A DNA stretch of 64,000 nucleotides. Origin: Octopus vulgaris. Taxonomy: Eukaryota. Positions 25,157 to 38,290 of the stretch are shown here, piece by piece (the first letter of the stretch is position 1; each line of letters starts with the position of its first letter). A program made the position numbers and the translations under genes. The DNA lies in NCBI GenBank assembly GCA_951406725.2, contig OX597824.1, positions 37,448,001 to 37,512,000 of the forward strand. Reading direction: 5' to 3'. A model generated the notes under the pieces. It saw only the letters and a program-made list of their open reading frames with translations, had not been told where the DNA came from and did no database searches.

Positions 25157-25861
25157 ATATATAAACATGTACATCGTATAGAACATTGTCATTTTATAAG
25201 ATTTTGCTGGCAAATTTGAAAATTAACTTAAACATTCCCGTTAACGAAAAGAAAACCAGCCTGTTAGGTGTTAAAAACTGTGCAGAAACCGAATATGAAA
25301 ATAAAAAAAATTGTGCAAACGAACGTAGGGTGGGTGGGCCTTTAGAGGACTTTCGGAAAATTCACAAGATCCAATTTTTCCCTCATAACTTTCAAGGAAA
25401 TGGATATATATTGATGAAATTTTATAGAAATACTGTTCAATGGCACAAATTATGATTATAAAGACATTCCCGAGGAAAATTTTTCCCGAAGGGGTGGGGG
25501 GAGGATTGTCGGAAAATTCACACGATCCGTTTTTTACCCCTCATAACATTCAGGAAAATGGATATCTTTTAATGAAATTTTACAGAAATTTTAACTTTCA
25601 AACAGCATAGATTACGATTATAAAGAAATTTGAGGGAAAAATGTTTTCCCAAGGGGTGGGGAGAGTTGGAAAATTCACACGATATGAGGTCAATTTGTTC
25701 GGATAAAGGCAGGGCTCCAGCATGGCTGTAGTCAAATAACTGAAACAAGTAAGAGAATAAAAGAATACTTCCAAAATAGGACTTCGCCCATATGTATCCG
25801 CGTGCGTGTTGTATCCGCTTGTATTCAGTGTATCCGCGTGCAGATGTGTGTTGGTGTTGGT

Positions 25862-26250
25862 GTTGTCATATGAAATTGTCACCCATAATTATGACCCTAG
25901 AATCGATCTATTGCATTTCAATCTGTTTTAGGATTAGGGTTAGTTAGGGTTAGAGGTGGGGGAAGGGTATCTTTTTTCTTCACAAATGTAAATAAACCCA
26001 ATCTGTTTCTTAAACGAGGGACATATTCATACGGCACAGAATGTTGTTTACCTCAACGGATGTCAGTGATTGGTTGAAATTGCAGAAATTGAAGAAAAAA
26101 ACAACAAATATCTTACAAACTATAGAATTTTCTCAATAAAGCCAAGAGAAAAATATGCTTTATAAACACATTCTACCAGTATACGAAGCTTAAAATTTTT
26201 TAGTTACCTAGAAATTATGTTAAAAACTGACGTTCAAACCGAAAAGGATA
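25862..26250. mobile_element. Same MITE family, inverted partial copy
   Basis: Reverse complement of most of 10696-11095. Confidence 0.8.
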
Positions 26251-27595
26251 GCAAATGTGATGTCTTGCAATCAACTTGCACATGCAAGTGCTACCGGTCA
26301 AAAACTCCGCATACTGGAAGCCAGCAAGTGTATGGGGTCATCAGGAGAGAATGCGCGCCGTTTCGGGGCCTACCTCTCGACGGCATCAATGCGCACCGAT
26401 TCCCCTCACTGATATGAGGCCCCACTTGCTAGATCAGCTGGTTATCAAATAAAGCTCAATATTCTTCCAGCAATCGCTCATCGTCTCTTTTTAACCAAAT
26501 CCAGTGGCTAGCCTTCTCCATTGTTGTTTGGATATCGGTCAAGATGGTATTGATCAAGTTACTAAAGTGTTAACGTTGTTGATAACAACATATTCTTTCT
26601 TTAATTGAATATTGAGAAAGAGAGAAAATAAAAGGGGAATTAATTTTGGCGGCAAGGAGTAAACTTCTTGTTTCATTATCATAATTAAAAAGAAATTCAG
26701 AGGTGCAACATTGTGCAAGTTCATTTCCGTAAATATTTTTCTTGCACTCCACCCCACACACTTACACTTATAGGCATGCGCATACACACGGATGAAGTTC
26801 CATTTCGGAACTATGTTAAAGTTTTTGCAGCGTTGAAGGTGTTTATAAGCCATTTAAGAAACATACAAAAACCGTAAGATTCATTTCAACATTTCAACTT
26901 AATTTGTCAAAATATTTTCGTCGCTTGTGTGTTTCTTAAATGGCGTATAAACACCTTCCACGCTGCAATTGTTTTCGTTCCAGCACACGATCTCAGATCA
27001 GGTCACTTGCTATGCAAGTACATCTCCGTAGTGTGAAGTTTTTATTATTTTGGAACGAAGAGCACAAACATAGGTGCTGCGCCAGTGACTAAACAACAAC
27101 AAAAAATAACGTTTTGGTGACCGGAAGCTAAACTAGATCCTGAAAGTTATGAGGAGGAAAACACGGATCGTGTGAACTTTCCGACAGTCTTCTTCCCACC
27201 CCTTCAGAAAAGATTTTCACCTCAAATTTCTTTATAATCGTAATCTATGCTGTTTGAAAGGTGTTTTCGCAAAATTTCATTAAAAGATATCCATTTCCCT
27301 GAAAGTTATGAGTGAAAAATCGGAGCTTGTGAATTTTTCGATAGTCCTCTACCCTCCACCACACGTTCGTTTGCGCAAATGATTTTTCTCATATTCGTTT
27401 CCTACAGTTTTTAACACCCTGGAGGCTGGTTTTTGTTTGTTTATATCAACCTATTTAGTTTATATGAAAGAAAACCACCAGAGAACCTTCATCTAACTCT
27501 TCCAAATCCTTGCGCCAAAACCGTGTTGAAACCATTTGTGGGGAATTGTTCACGTCTGCATAATCACACAGAACTTACTTACTTTTCGATTACAG

Positions 27596-27713
27596 GTTTA
27601 ACTACTGTGATTATGTACGAATGTTTGTATGTGCAGCAGCAATCATTCGAGATTTTTTTGATTGTCGTCCATCCAACAATCTCGGTGTTTGGTATCCTGA
27701 ATTCACAAGAATC
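27596..27713 (+). CDS. Candidate exon of an unidentified gene (FNYCDYVRMFVCAAAIIRDFFDCRPSNNLGVWYPEFTRI)
   Basis: Pyrimidine-rich acceptor cttacttttcgattacag, gtgagt donor, open frame, non-repetitive; no homology recognised. Confidence 0.35.
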
Positions 27714-28099
27714 GTGAGTAAACATTACACGCACATCCTGTTAATATGGCGTTATACAACCAACGCTTGTATAACTTCCTTAATCCCAACACGTTCCTAA
27801 TTTGGGTCTCGCGAACCTGAACTGTGTTTGCCATACCTTCCGAAATGGGTTTCCCAATGACTCCATAACACCATTGTTTAGAATTGCATTTCTATAAGCA
27901 TCATTGTCTAGAAAATAACTTTTATAAAAATTCCTTATTCCTAATTCAGAACACTGAAAACAGAGATTCCCCCTCCCATAAAGAACCTCAACCCAATTCC
28001 TGAGTAATAGACCAATTAATGCTATTTAGTTATGCGATGAGAAATCGTTCGAGTGAAACAAAATATATTTGGTTGAACTAGCAGTTATACATACAGGAA

Positions 28100-30100
28100 A
28101 GTACATTTATATGTGTCAAGGCATCTCGATAGTCTTTCAGAAATTTTAATTAAAGATCTTCTCATTAGTCCACAGAATAGACAGGGATTCTTCGGAGCAG
28201 AGATGGCATCTCCTGAAAATTATATTCTATGCTTTCGCGTGCCTTACTATGGACCAAATTATGTTGTACTTCATTTTTTCCTCCTTCAGTCGCCATACAG
28301 AATCGGCCAAAGATGTAGAATGTCTCTTATTGATTGTCTTAAAACTGGCGAAATGGTTACTTAATTGAATCAGCAGTCGGCCCAATGTAAAATACGGTCC
28401 TCCCCTCGTGGGCACGGTACATTTATATACAAGATTTGTACTCGTACAGAGATTCATCAATGGACATTTTGATTTTTCTCTGCATGAGTATTTATCGTAT
28501 TTATTTGTATATAAGGCATTCACGACTCCATTTACCGACGTTGTTACTTGTTAGTTGTATCATAAGTATTTTTACTATTACAATTTGACCGTAATTGGTG
28601 TTTGTCATTGCGGTTTACATCTCCATTGTTGGTATTTAGATGCGTATGTTCGCTAGATCCAGTAGGTGGGTTATTGAAATTATGTCGCATTTTGCTATTA
28701 TTTATGCGATGCATAAACTGCTCTAAATTAGCAGTTTTAGCGTAGGATACCTTCACAGTGTGCCGATTAAAAATAACATGATATCGATTAGATTTAGGAA
28801 AGCATTGGTCCAAAATAGCAAACAATTTTCCAGCGATCTTGGTTGAAACACGCAAACAGAAAATTGGGTTGAACCAGAGGATATCCTGATTCCTGTATCT
28901 GTTGTTAGACATTTTGGATCGAGTGTGTTGTACATGATTGGAATAAGCAGTTGGATTATTATGTCGCGTGTGTCTATGAGTTTTCGTTGGCAGTTCATTG
29001 ACGTGACCAATTCTACCTAGCCTATATTCTCTGAGTGAGTTCTTAAACCGTGATGTTGTGATGGAGTACAATGTGTATTACGATTGGAGGAATTACCAGT
29101 GTTGTGTATGCCTGCTTCTTGCATATATTGAATTTTTTCATGGAACCCAGCCCTAGCTAGAGCAGCATTATGATATTTGCATGTGATTCGAAAATTCTGT
29201 TATTAACGGATAATTTAGAAATTCTTGTAGAAGTATTCTTAACTAATCCCCGAATTATCGAGGATGGATGGTTAGATGTTACGTTAATGTACTTAATATG
29301 ATCATTTGGCTTATCAAATGATTCAAATAATCCAGTATCAAAACGAAAGGTAGTGTCAAGAAAATTCACTCCACGATAATCTTTACCCAGAGTAATGTTT
29401 AGTCCTGAATTTTTAAAAAGTCTAAAGAAATTTTTCCTATGTTTTTCTAATTGTTCTTAGCTACTTCTGTCCAGAAAAAATAAGGTGCCATCCTTCTATA
29501 GACCCCCTGTTATATCCGGCAAGGATTAATGAAAAGATATATCTTCCGACTAGGCCAGTTACCTCTGCAGAGTCGTATGAGCCCATTGCTATATCAAAAG
29601 CATTCTCCCTATCTAAATTACTCCATAATCTATCGTCAAAATCTCCAAGAGTGGCTCGCGCGGCAAGTATAATATCTATTTTGCGTCGGGACAAATCGGA
29701 ATTTTTCATGCTAGAAATCAGGGCTTGATTAAGGACGATCGGGTTAATAGTGGTATAATAGCTCTCTATATCTAGTTGCAAGAATTTACTATTCTTACTA
29801 ATTTCTAGAAGCTTAAACCATTCAATCACCTCTTGGGTATCAGACCAGAGGGCTAATCTAATTTTAGACTTAATGGCGGGTATTACCCTATTAATGATTT
29901 TTTTTTACTAATAATGCCTATATCGGATTTAGAAGGACAAATCAATCTAACTGACGGGTCAATAAGGAAGTTAGGTTTATGGCCCTTAAGCATAATCCAG
30001 GGTTTTCGAGCAACGTAGGGTTCGGTTCTATCACCTATAGCTAAATCTCTGACGATTTGTAGCCCTGTATTGCTAGTTCTCTTAATACGTCGTTATGAGC
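28100..30100 (-). mobile_element. Degenerate Penelope-like element (RT, linker, C-terminal GIY-YIG)
   Basis: ORFs with FLQLDIESYY, AMGSYDSAEV, NFLDTTF, YINVTSNHP, ILWFNPIF...VIFNRHTVKVSY and KCPLMNLCTSTNLVYKCTV. Confidence 0.85.
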
Positions 30101-30139
30101 GTGTCTGTATGTACGTATGTATACATACATGCATATATT

Positions 30140-30514
30140 GGGTGAAGGACATCACTAACGGTGCAAATAACATGAAATACACAAACAAACGAGCGAAAGA
30201 TAGTGGAATACGTAGACAAATGGAAAACAGGGCAAGTTAACACAGAAAAAGGACACTTCATCAGTTGTCAGCGGTCTATCTACTCTTCATTTCTAGCGTT
30301 CAACGACAGTATGAGTCTTTAAAGATAGTTGCTCCCATAAATCCTAAAATAAAATTTAGGATTTATGGAGGCTCAAAGTTGGGAACAACAAAAAAAAAAT
30401 GATCGTGGAGAAATACAAGGAAATCGAACGAAAACAAACAGGGAGTGTCGTTAGACCAGAACGAGAAGAAAATAGTGAAAGGTGGGAGAAACTTTTTTTG
30501 AAAAGAGAAAAGAT

Positions 30515-30573
<59 letters not shown>

Positions 30574-30943
30574 TTTCTCTTAAAAAAAAAAATGTTTCTC
30601 CCAGCGTTCACTATTTTCCTCTCGTTCTGGTCTAATGACACTCCTTGTTTGCTTTCGTTCGGTTTCCTTGTATGTCTCCACTGTCATTTTTTTGTTCCCA
30701 ACTTTGATCCTCCATAAAATCTAAATTATATTTTAGAATTCAGGGAAGCAACTGTCTTTGAAGACTCATATTGTCATTGAATAATCGAAATGAGGAATAG
30801 ACAGCCGACAACTGATGAAGGGCCCTTTTTTCTGTGTTAACTTGTCCTGTTTTCCATTTTTCTCGTTGTTTATGCATTTCACCCATTTTCCTTCGTTTGT
30901 TACCCTATTCCGTGTTATTTGCACCGTTGGTGACGTTCTTTAC

Positions 30944-30945
<2 letters not shown>
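30140..30945. repeat. Head-to-head inverted pair of a ~380 bp repeat around (GA)n; third copy at 6085-6330
   Basis: 30140-30500 and 30590-30945 are reverse complements. Confidence 0.75.
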
Positions 30946-31009
<64 letters not shown>

Positions 31010-31196
31010 CACACACACATACATACATACATACATACATACATACATACATACATAAATGCCAATTATCTCTTGCCTTTTTCATTAATAAAAAAAAAAT
31101 GGGTGGACTATTTCATACATATTTTTTGGCGGTAGTGGTGGTAGAGTCCTGATATTTGTTAGTTTGAGACGTAAAAGAGAGACACTTTATTATATA

Positions 31197-31579
31197 CTAG
31201 CAGTATCGCCCGGCGTTGCTCAGGTTTGTAAGGGAAATAACTATAAAGCATTTTTAGAGAGTTATAGCCAAAAAATAGCAAAAAAATGGAAAAAAATGAT
31301 GGTAAATTTTTTTTTTAGTTAAAAAGGGTGGAGTTGCGTCCCCTAGACAGTTTGCGGTTTGTGTTTCTGATTCTCGACCCCATGTCGAATTTATCGATAA
31401 TTTTCAGAACTGGGGGAACTTTTCAAAATTTTCGCTGCGTTAGTTTTGAATTATGACATTGGGCTATGTGTGTGTCAAGTTTCATCAGAATCGGTTGAAA
31501 GCCGTGGTCAGGGTGAGGGTACAACCTAACAGACACACAGAAACACACACAGACAAACTGCCGTTTATATATAGAGAGA
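31197..31579 (-). mobile_element. Non-autonomous Helitron
   Basis: A|TC start, subterminal hairpin and CTAG|T end; the ~90 bp at the CTAG end is nearly identical to the 4347 copy. Confidence 0.75.
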
Positions 31580-32182
31580 TACGTAAAGAATCTCTGTGGA
31601 GGATGCAGTGGATCGGAAGATAACAAGGAGCTCTCTCTACGTGATGGCTTCAAATAATAGAACCTTATTGAAAAGATAAGCATGAGAAGCAGTTTCTGAA
31701 GTGATGGTATAATGTATAAATTTAGCAGCATCAAAAAATTAAATAACACTTCCACTATCTTGAATGACATTTTTTTTTTCGTTTCAGCTGATTTCTTTTT
31801 GTAAACAGGATATTTGAGTGAAGCACATACTTATAAAGAAAACATACCGGAAGCATTCTGTCATCGGTAGAGAGTAGGGAAACTACATACATGAATGAGA
31901 CTTACTTTATAAACTGTATTTCTTTTTAATAACAAAGTGGAACACAGGGAAAATAAATTAAAAACAAATGAAAAGGTTAGAAAACTATGGACAAGGAAAA
32001 AAATAATCAATGTATTTAACGTCGTGGAGGAATGGAATGGAAGTCAACGTTTCGGGTTGTAGTCCTTCGTCAAAATTGAAGGGAAGAAAATTATAAGAAG
32101 AGAAATAATAACAAAAAAACAAACTATGTTGATTCAGATGTACGTGTATGTAAGTGAATAAGGAGTGAAGTGTGCGAGTAAA

Positions 32183-32997
32183 GGGACCGACAGATTTAAA
32201 AATTAATGTTTGGTAAATAAACACTTTCAACCTTCGCATACTGGTAGAATGTGTCACATAAAACTCTTGGCGTTGTTGAGAAAATTCTGTATTTTGGAGG
32301 TTATTTCTTGTTAAAATTGCTGTATTTCGGTAATTTCAACCAATCAATGACGTGTATTCAGCTGAATAAAATCACAGCTGTTGTTTGTCAACAACAACTT
32401 CCGGTAGTGTATATTTCGTTTGTCACTGCTATTTATGACATATTTCATCTCCGTTACGTTTGTATGAAAAAATGAGTGTATCTGAAGCATGTTTACTTCA
32501 TGGCACCGCTATAATCGTTCGTGCTTCATTTTTCCTTTTTTCGTAACTCTAGCCCTAAAACCCCAACCATAACCCTAACTCTAAAACCTTAACCCTAACC
32601 CTAACCCTAACTCTAAAACCCTAACCTTAACCCTAACCCTAACCCTAAAACCCTAACCCTAGCCCTAAAACCCCAAACCTCAAAACTTTAAGGCTAAAAC
32701 CAGTACAAACGCACGAACGATGTCATAAATAACAGTGACGGACGAATAATACACCGCCGATAGTTGTTGACAAACAACGACAGTAATTTTATTCAGCTGA
32801 ATACACGTCATTGATTAGTTGAAATTACCGAAATACGACAATTTTAACGAGAAATAACTTCCAAAACACAGAATTTTCTCAACAACGTCAACAGTAAAAG
32901 ATGTTTTATGTGACACATTCCACAAGTATACGAAGTTTGAAAGTTTTTAGTTACAAAAAATTATTTTAAAAATCTGTCGGTCAAAAGATAAAGATCC
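32183..32997. mobile_element. Related MITE with ~300 bp inverted arms and a central (CCCTAA)n-like block
   Basis: Arms 32185-32525 and 32705-32985 are inverted; right end ...aagatcc; gagtaaa flanks both sides. Confidence 0.78.
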
Positions 32998-33292
32998 GAG
33001 TAAATTTGTGCAAATAATGAATGCGTGAATAATTAGGAACAATTAAAGGGCGGTGTGTGCAAGGCCGTGGGTATGGATGACGACATGAACGAAGTAAAAC
33101 GTGTGAAGCATGTGTGTAAGAGAAAGGAAGTTAGGCGTTTGAGTGTGAGTATGGGCGTGTGTGAATGCGTTTGTAGGATGAGTTATGTGTGTGTACAACA
33201 CCTCAGAGTGTAGAGTGTGGGTATGTAGAGGATGCGTGAAGTGTGTGTGTGCGTGCGTGTGTGTATATGTGAATACGTGTAAGTACGTGGAT

Positions 33293-33344
<52 letters not shown>

Positions 33345-33513
33345 TACGACGGGCTTCTTTCAGTTTCCGTCTACCAAATCCACTCACAAGGCTTTGGTCG
33401 GCCCGAGGCTATAGTAGAAGACACTTGCCCAAGGTGCCACGCAGTTGTACTGAACCCGGAACCATGTTGTTGGTAAACAAGCTACTTACCACACAGCCAC
33501 TCCTGATAATGTA

Positions 33514-33573
<60 letters not shown>

Positions 33574-33904
33574 CAGGGGCATTTTAGAGGGAAACAGGTC
33601 GGTTATTAATACAAGCAAGGATAGATGTGTTTAAAGAAAATATCAACCGCTGTTCCTGACAAAGAAGGAAATAAAAAAAAAAGCAAAAGCATGTTTAATA
33701 TGAAAAATCAGCGAATTGCAAGGTGTAAGAGGTTTGAAAAATTGAAATGGCTAGCCTGAAAGATCTGGTATTGTTGCATCAGACTTGCTACAAATTGTCC
33801 TTAAAAGTTGAGAAAAGAATATGGTCTCAGTTGCCTAGATTAGTGATCCCAATTATGGCCGCCACAAACCGTCAAATTAAGGACAGGACTCGTGGTAATC
33901 CAAT

Positions 33905-34110
33905 ACCTATTTCTTCATTACCCACAAGGGGCTAAACACAGAAGGGACAAACAAGGACAGACATAGGTATTAAGTCGATTACATCGACCCCAGTGCGTAA
34001 CTGGTACTTATTTAAACAACCCCGAAAGGATGAAAGGCAAAGTCGACCTCGGCGGAATTTGAACTCATAACGTAACGACAGACGAAATACGGCTACGCAT
34101 TTCGCCCGGC
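33905..34110 (-). mobile_element. SINE family B copy
   Basis: Same core and end sequence as the other family B copies. Confidence 0.7.
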
Positions 34111-34114
34111 ATGA

Positions 34115-34752
34115 TTGCCTCAGGCATGAAGGTCCTCTCTCGAGCTGATCTGCCAAGCATCTACATACTGCGTGTTCGGATGCCCGACTGACACCTCCTT
34201 AAGAAATTGTTCTACAGCAAACTGTCAGAAGGCAAGCGTACGCGAGGTGGACCGGAAAAAAGGAGACGCTTCAAGGATACACTCGAAACCTAACTGAAGA
34301 ACTTTAATATCAGCCTCGACACCTAGAAAATACAAGTGTAAGACTGCCCTGCCTGGTGAAGCTGCACCAACAAAGATGCTATCCCCTACGAACACAACAG
34401 AATCGAAGGGACACAAAAAACCCCACCAATTGTGCAAGTCCAGAGCCAACTCCTGATCTTCAGTCCCTGCAGGGCAGGGCCAGCTCTAGGGCAAGTTGAA
34501 CTTCGACGAGTACAAGCTGACGGCTGGGGAAATTTCCTTGTCCTTATCACGCCCTCCTTGGCGCCCCCTAGCACATGGCGCCCTGCGCGACTGCTCGAGG
34601 TGCCGGTACTTTGAGCCAGCTCTGCTGCAGACCACCAGTGCCCAATCTACAGTAGGGCCTTCCGAGTATGCATCAGACCGATTGGCCGCAACCGGGCGCA
34701 GCAGGCTTCGTTTTCTTCTCCTACGTGATATCCTTGGTCGTCGGAAGAACGA
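34115..34752 (+). mobile_element. RTE-clade LINE 3' fragment
   Basis: LLKKLFYSKLSEGKRTRGG..RRFKDTLE; degenerate C-terminal zinc knuckle. Confidence 0.7.
34475..34624. mobile_element. hAT-type MITE inserted in the RTE fragment
   Basis: cagggccagctct...gagccagctctg; imperfect TSD ctgcaggg/ctgcagac; inverted relative of 41370-41540. Confidence 0.7.
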
Positions 34753-34876
34753 TATACATACATACATGCATATATGTGTGCGCGTGCGTGTGTGTGTGGG
34801 TTAGACAAAATGAGATAACAAACCCAAGGCTGTGAGGAGTTTTCAGGACATTTATAAGGAAAAAGATATAGATATA

Positions 34877-34924
34877 GTCTTACAGCTGTTTCTGGGATAT
34901 TATGGATATCCGTTCATCAGAAAC
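34877..34924 (-). ncRNA. Type I hammerhead ribozyme motif (canonical core)
   Basis: gttt-CTGATGA-ac-ggatat(ccata)atatcc-ca-GAAA-cagctg-TA-agac; palindromic stem III. Confidence 0.65.
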
Positions 34925-34966
34925 AATGCCAGATGGTTAAAGAGTATATATATATATATATATATA

Positions 34967-35001
<35 letters not shown>

Positions 35002-35032
35002 TGTATGTATGTATGTATGTATATGTACACAT

Positions 35033-35348
35033 CTTCGTAGTCATAAAGCGAGACAGATGAGTGACAACCTGGCCACTGGTGGTGGTGTAACACACCATAC
35101 TAATCATATCTGTCGGGCATGTGGAAGAGAATGTAATTCGGCAGGAGGACTTAAACGACATGCAAAGGTACATGAAGCCCAGTTACAACTACAGCCGGCT
35201 ATTACCGCTAAAGGTTTTAGTTGCCAATTCTGTACAAGACATTGTAGATCTTTAGCTGGGTTAAAAAGTCACATTCGATCACAGCACCAATAAAAGTTAA
35301 GCTTCGTGCAATGGCCATACTCAATAACGAGGGGGCAGCCATCATCAT
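35033..35348 (+). mobile_element. LINE (RTE-like) 3' end encoding two C2H2 zinc fingers
   Basis: CRACGRECNSAGGLKRHAKVH...CQFCTRHCRSLAGLKSHIRSQH*, short 3' UTR ending gccatcatcat, flanked by microsatellites; a relative lies at 52020-52255. Confidence 0.6.
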
Positions 35349-35361
35349 ATGTACACACACA

Positions 35362-35450
<89 letters not shown>

Positions 35451-35453
<3 letters not shown>

Positions 35454-38219
35454 ACAAAGCCAAGGACATAACCATTGTTGGTCTTTACAGGCCCCCCCAG
35501 GCACCTCTAAAGTACTTTGAAGAGTGCCTTAGCAAAGTCAAGTCCTTCCTTCGGAAGTACCACTCCGGAAACATACTAGTGATGGGTGATTTTAACCTCC
35601 CTCATGTGAACTGGCCCACAAATACTCCGAAGTTAGGCAAGTGCTCTACATCAGATAGGGCAGCAGCAGAACTGCTCTTTAATCTGATGGATGAGTATTT
35701 CCTGACTCAGCTAGTGCTTGAACCAACGAGACAGAATAAAACGATCTTGGATCTGGTATTGACCAATCACTCTAGCTACGTTCACAGCATTTCAGTCGAA
35801 AAAACTCTCCTCTCAGACCACGACATGGTACTCTGCAATCTTAATTCCCGACATATAAAAACCAAACCAGCCAATCCCACTCCATGGCACCCATTTGACA
35901 GCATAAACTTCCACAAAGCGGACTGGGAAACAATCAGAAAGGATCTGTCTTCCATCGACTGGTCTTTTACTCTCAATTCCCCTCATATTGAGACCGCGTG
36001 GCAGCACTTTGAAACCATTGTCACCCATACATGCTCTAAACACGCTCCCAAGAAATCTACTAACACAAACAGAAACCGGCTCCCTAAAAAGAAAAAAACA
36101 CTCATCAGGCGCATCAAAAGACTCAACAAAAAAATCAACCAATTAAAATATTCCCACACACAACATCCACATACAACAACAATGAAAAGACTAGAGCTGG
36201 AAAAACTTCATTTGCAGACTAACATGAAAACCTCCATTGAAAATCAAAGAGCTGTGGAGGAACAATGGGTAATCAAAAACATCAAACAGAACCCAAAAGT
36301 GTTCTATTCTTATGCAAATAAGCATAGAACCACTGTCTCACCCATTGGGCCATTGATTGATGATAACGGCATTCCCCAACACGATGCTAAAGAAATGGCA
36401 GAAATACTGCAGAAACAATACTGCTCTGTCTTCAGTGTTCCCACTGATATTGATGTGAGGGAAACGAACGAAGTTGACTCCCAACACAAAATCGCAGACA
36501 TAACCTTCACTGCCACCGACATCGTAGCAGCAATAAATGAGGTCAAACATTACTCTGCTGTAGGCCCTGATAGATTTCCCGCTAGTCTCCTGAAGGAATG
36601 TAGATATCAACTTGCAGTTTCTCTGACCAACCTCTGGAGAAACTCGTTAGACGCAGGTTATATACCGAAACAGTTTCTATCCCAGTCGGTCATCCCGGTT
36701 TTCAAACAGGGGAACAGATCCCTCGCAGTCAACTATCGCCCAATCTCACTCACCTCCCACATCATTAAAGTGTTTGAAAGAGTGTTAAGATCAAAGATAG
36801 CTGACTTCCTGGAGACCCACAAACTCCTAAATTCAAATCAGCATGGCTTTCGCTGTGGCAGGGACTGTCCAACACAGCTCTTACACCACATTGAAGATGT
36901 ACTCAAAGCCTTGGGAACAGGTTCGAACTCTGACGTCATATCCCTTGACTTCAGTAAAGCGTTCGACAGGGTAGACCATAACATCCTACTCTTAAAATTG
37001 GCAAATGTTGGAATCCGTGGAAAAGTTCTACGCTGGATTCAGTATTTCCTGGCGAATAGAACACAACATGTTGTAGTTGATGGAGTCCACTCAAACCCAG
37101 CAAAAGTCACCAGCGGTGTTCCCCAGGGAACTGTTTTGGGTCCGCTACTCTTCATAATTTACGTAAACGATCTTTCCAGTGTCGTACATCACTGCAAAGT
37201 GAAAATATTCGCTGATGACACTAAGCTCCAGCAAATCGTCAATGAAGAAGCAGACCGAACTCAACTCCAGTCTGATCTATATGCTGTGAGTCAATGGGCA
37301 GACCGAAACAAAATGCAACTGAATGAGGGAAAATTTGAGCTGATGCATTTTGGAAGAAATTCCTCACTAAAACAACCATACCCTCTTCCTTCGGGGGAAC
37401 CGCTCACAGCCTCTAACAATATCAGAGACCTGGGTGTAATCGTTGATGACGATCTCAGTTGGAGTGTACACATCAACAAGAAGGTCGATATAGCTCGTAG
37501 GATGAGTTCCTGGATCTTAAGAACTTTCCGGTCCAGAGAACAAGGTGTCATCATACCACTTTTTTCCTCCTTTGTACGGCCACAGCTTGAATACTGCTGC
37601 CCACTGTGGTCTCCTCACACAAGACAAAACATCTCCAGAATTGAGTCACCCCAGAGGGCTCTCACTAAACAAATTGAAGGCATGGCTGCTCTCGATTATT
37701 GGGATCGCCTTAAAGCCTTGAAACTTTACTCCCTCCAGCGTCGCCGTGAGCGGTACATCATTTGTACGATGTGGAAAATATACCGCCAACTTTGCCCAAA
37801 CGACCTAAACATTAGCTTCAAGGTTCATCCAAGACTTGGACCACGGGCTATACGTCCCCTGCCAAATTCAAGATCACAACATACATGTACACTGCAACAT
37901 AATTTCTTTTCCTCAACAGGCCCTGCCCTATTCAACATTGTCCCGAGGGAGATCAAAGAGGAAAAGGATCCCATCAACTTCAAACAGAGTCTGGATAGAT
38001 TCCTTCAAAGAATACCAGATAAGCCACCCATAATTGGATACAACTCACTCAACAAGAACTCACTACTTGAACAAAACTGGATACAACTCACCCAACAAGA
38101 ACTCACTACTTGAACAAAACTTGACTTAAACAGGATTCGAATAATCCTATCAGGTGGTGCTATTAAGTTAGACATGGCCTGGACCAATCTCTGGTCGAAA
38201 CATATCTAAGTTTTATCTA

Positions 38220-38224
<5 letters not shown>
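35451..38224 (+). mobile_element. 5'-truncated CR1-clade LINE (second family) inserted in (TA)n
   Basis: ORF open from the (TA)n junction to 38113: GLYRPP, GDFN, ILDL, SDH, DFSKAFDRVDH, GVPQGTVLGPLLF, FADD; tail (tatctaagttt)x2. Confidence 0.93.

Positions 38225-38289
<65 letters not shown>

Positions 38290-38290
<1 letters not shown>

Noticed and set aside
32545-32700. Telomere or chromosome-fusion site
   Set aside because: Degenerate, short and enclosed in the arms of a MITE.
33747-33935. Protein-like 62-aa ORF
   Set aside because: No good acceptor site or recognisable homology; its end runs into a SINE.
35306-35450. N-terminus of the 935-aa ORF
   Set aside because: Chance read-through from a neighbouring element and (TA)n; LINE homology starts at about 35451.
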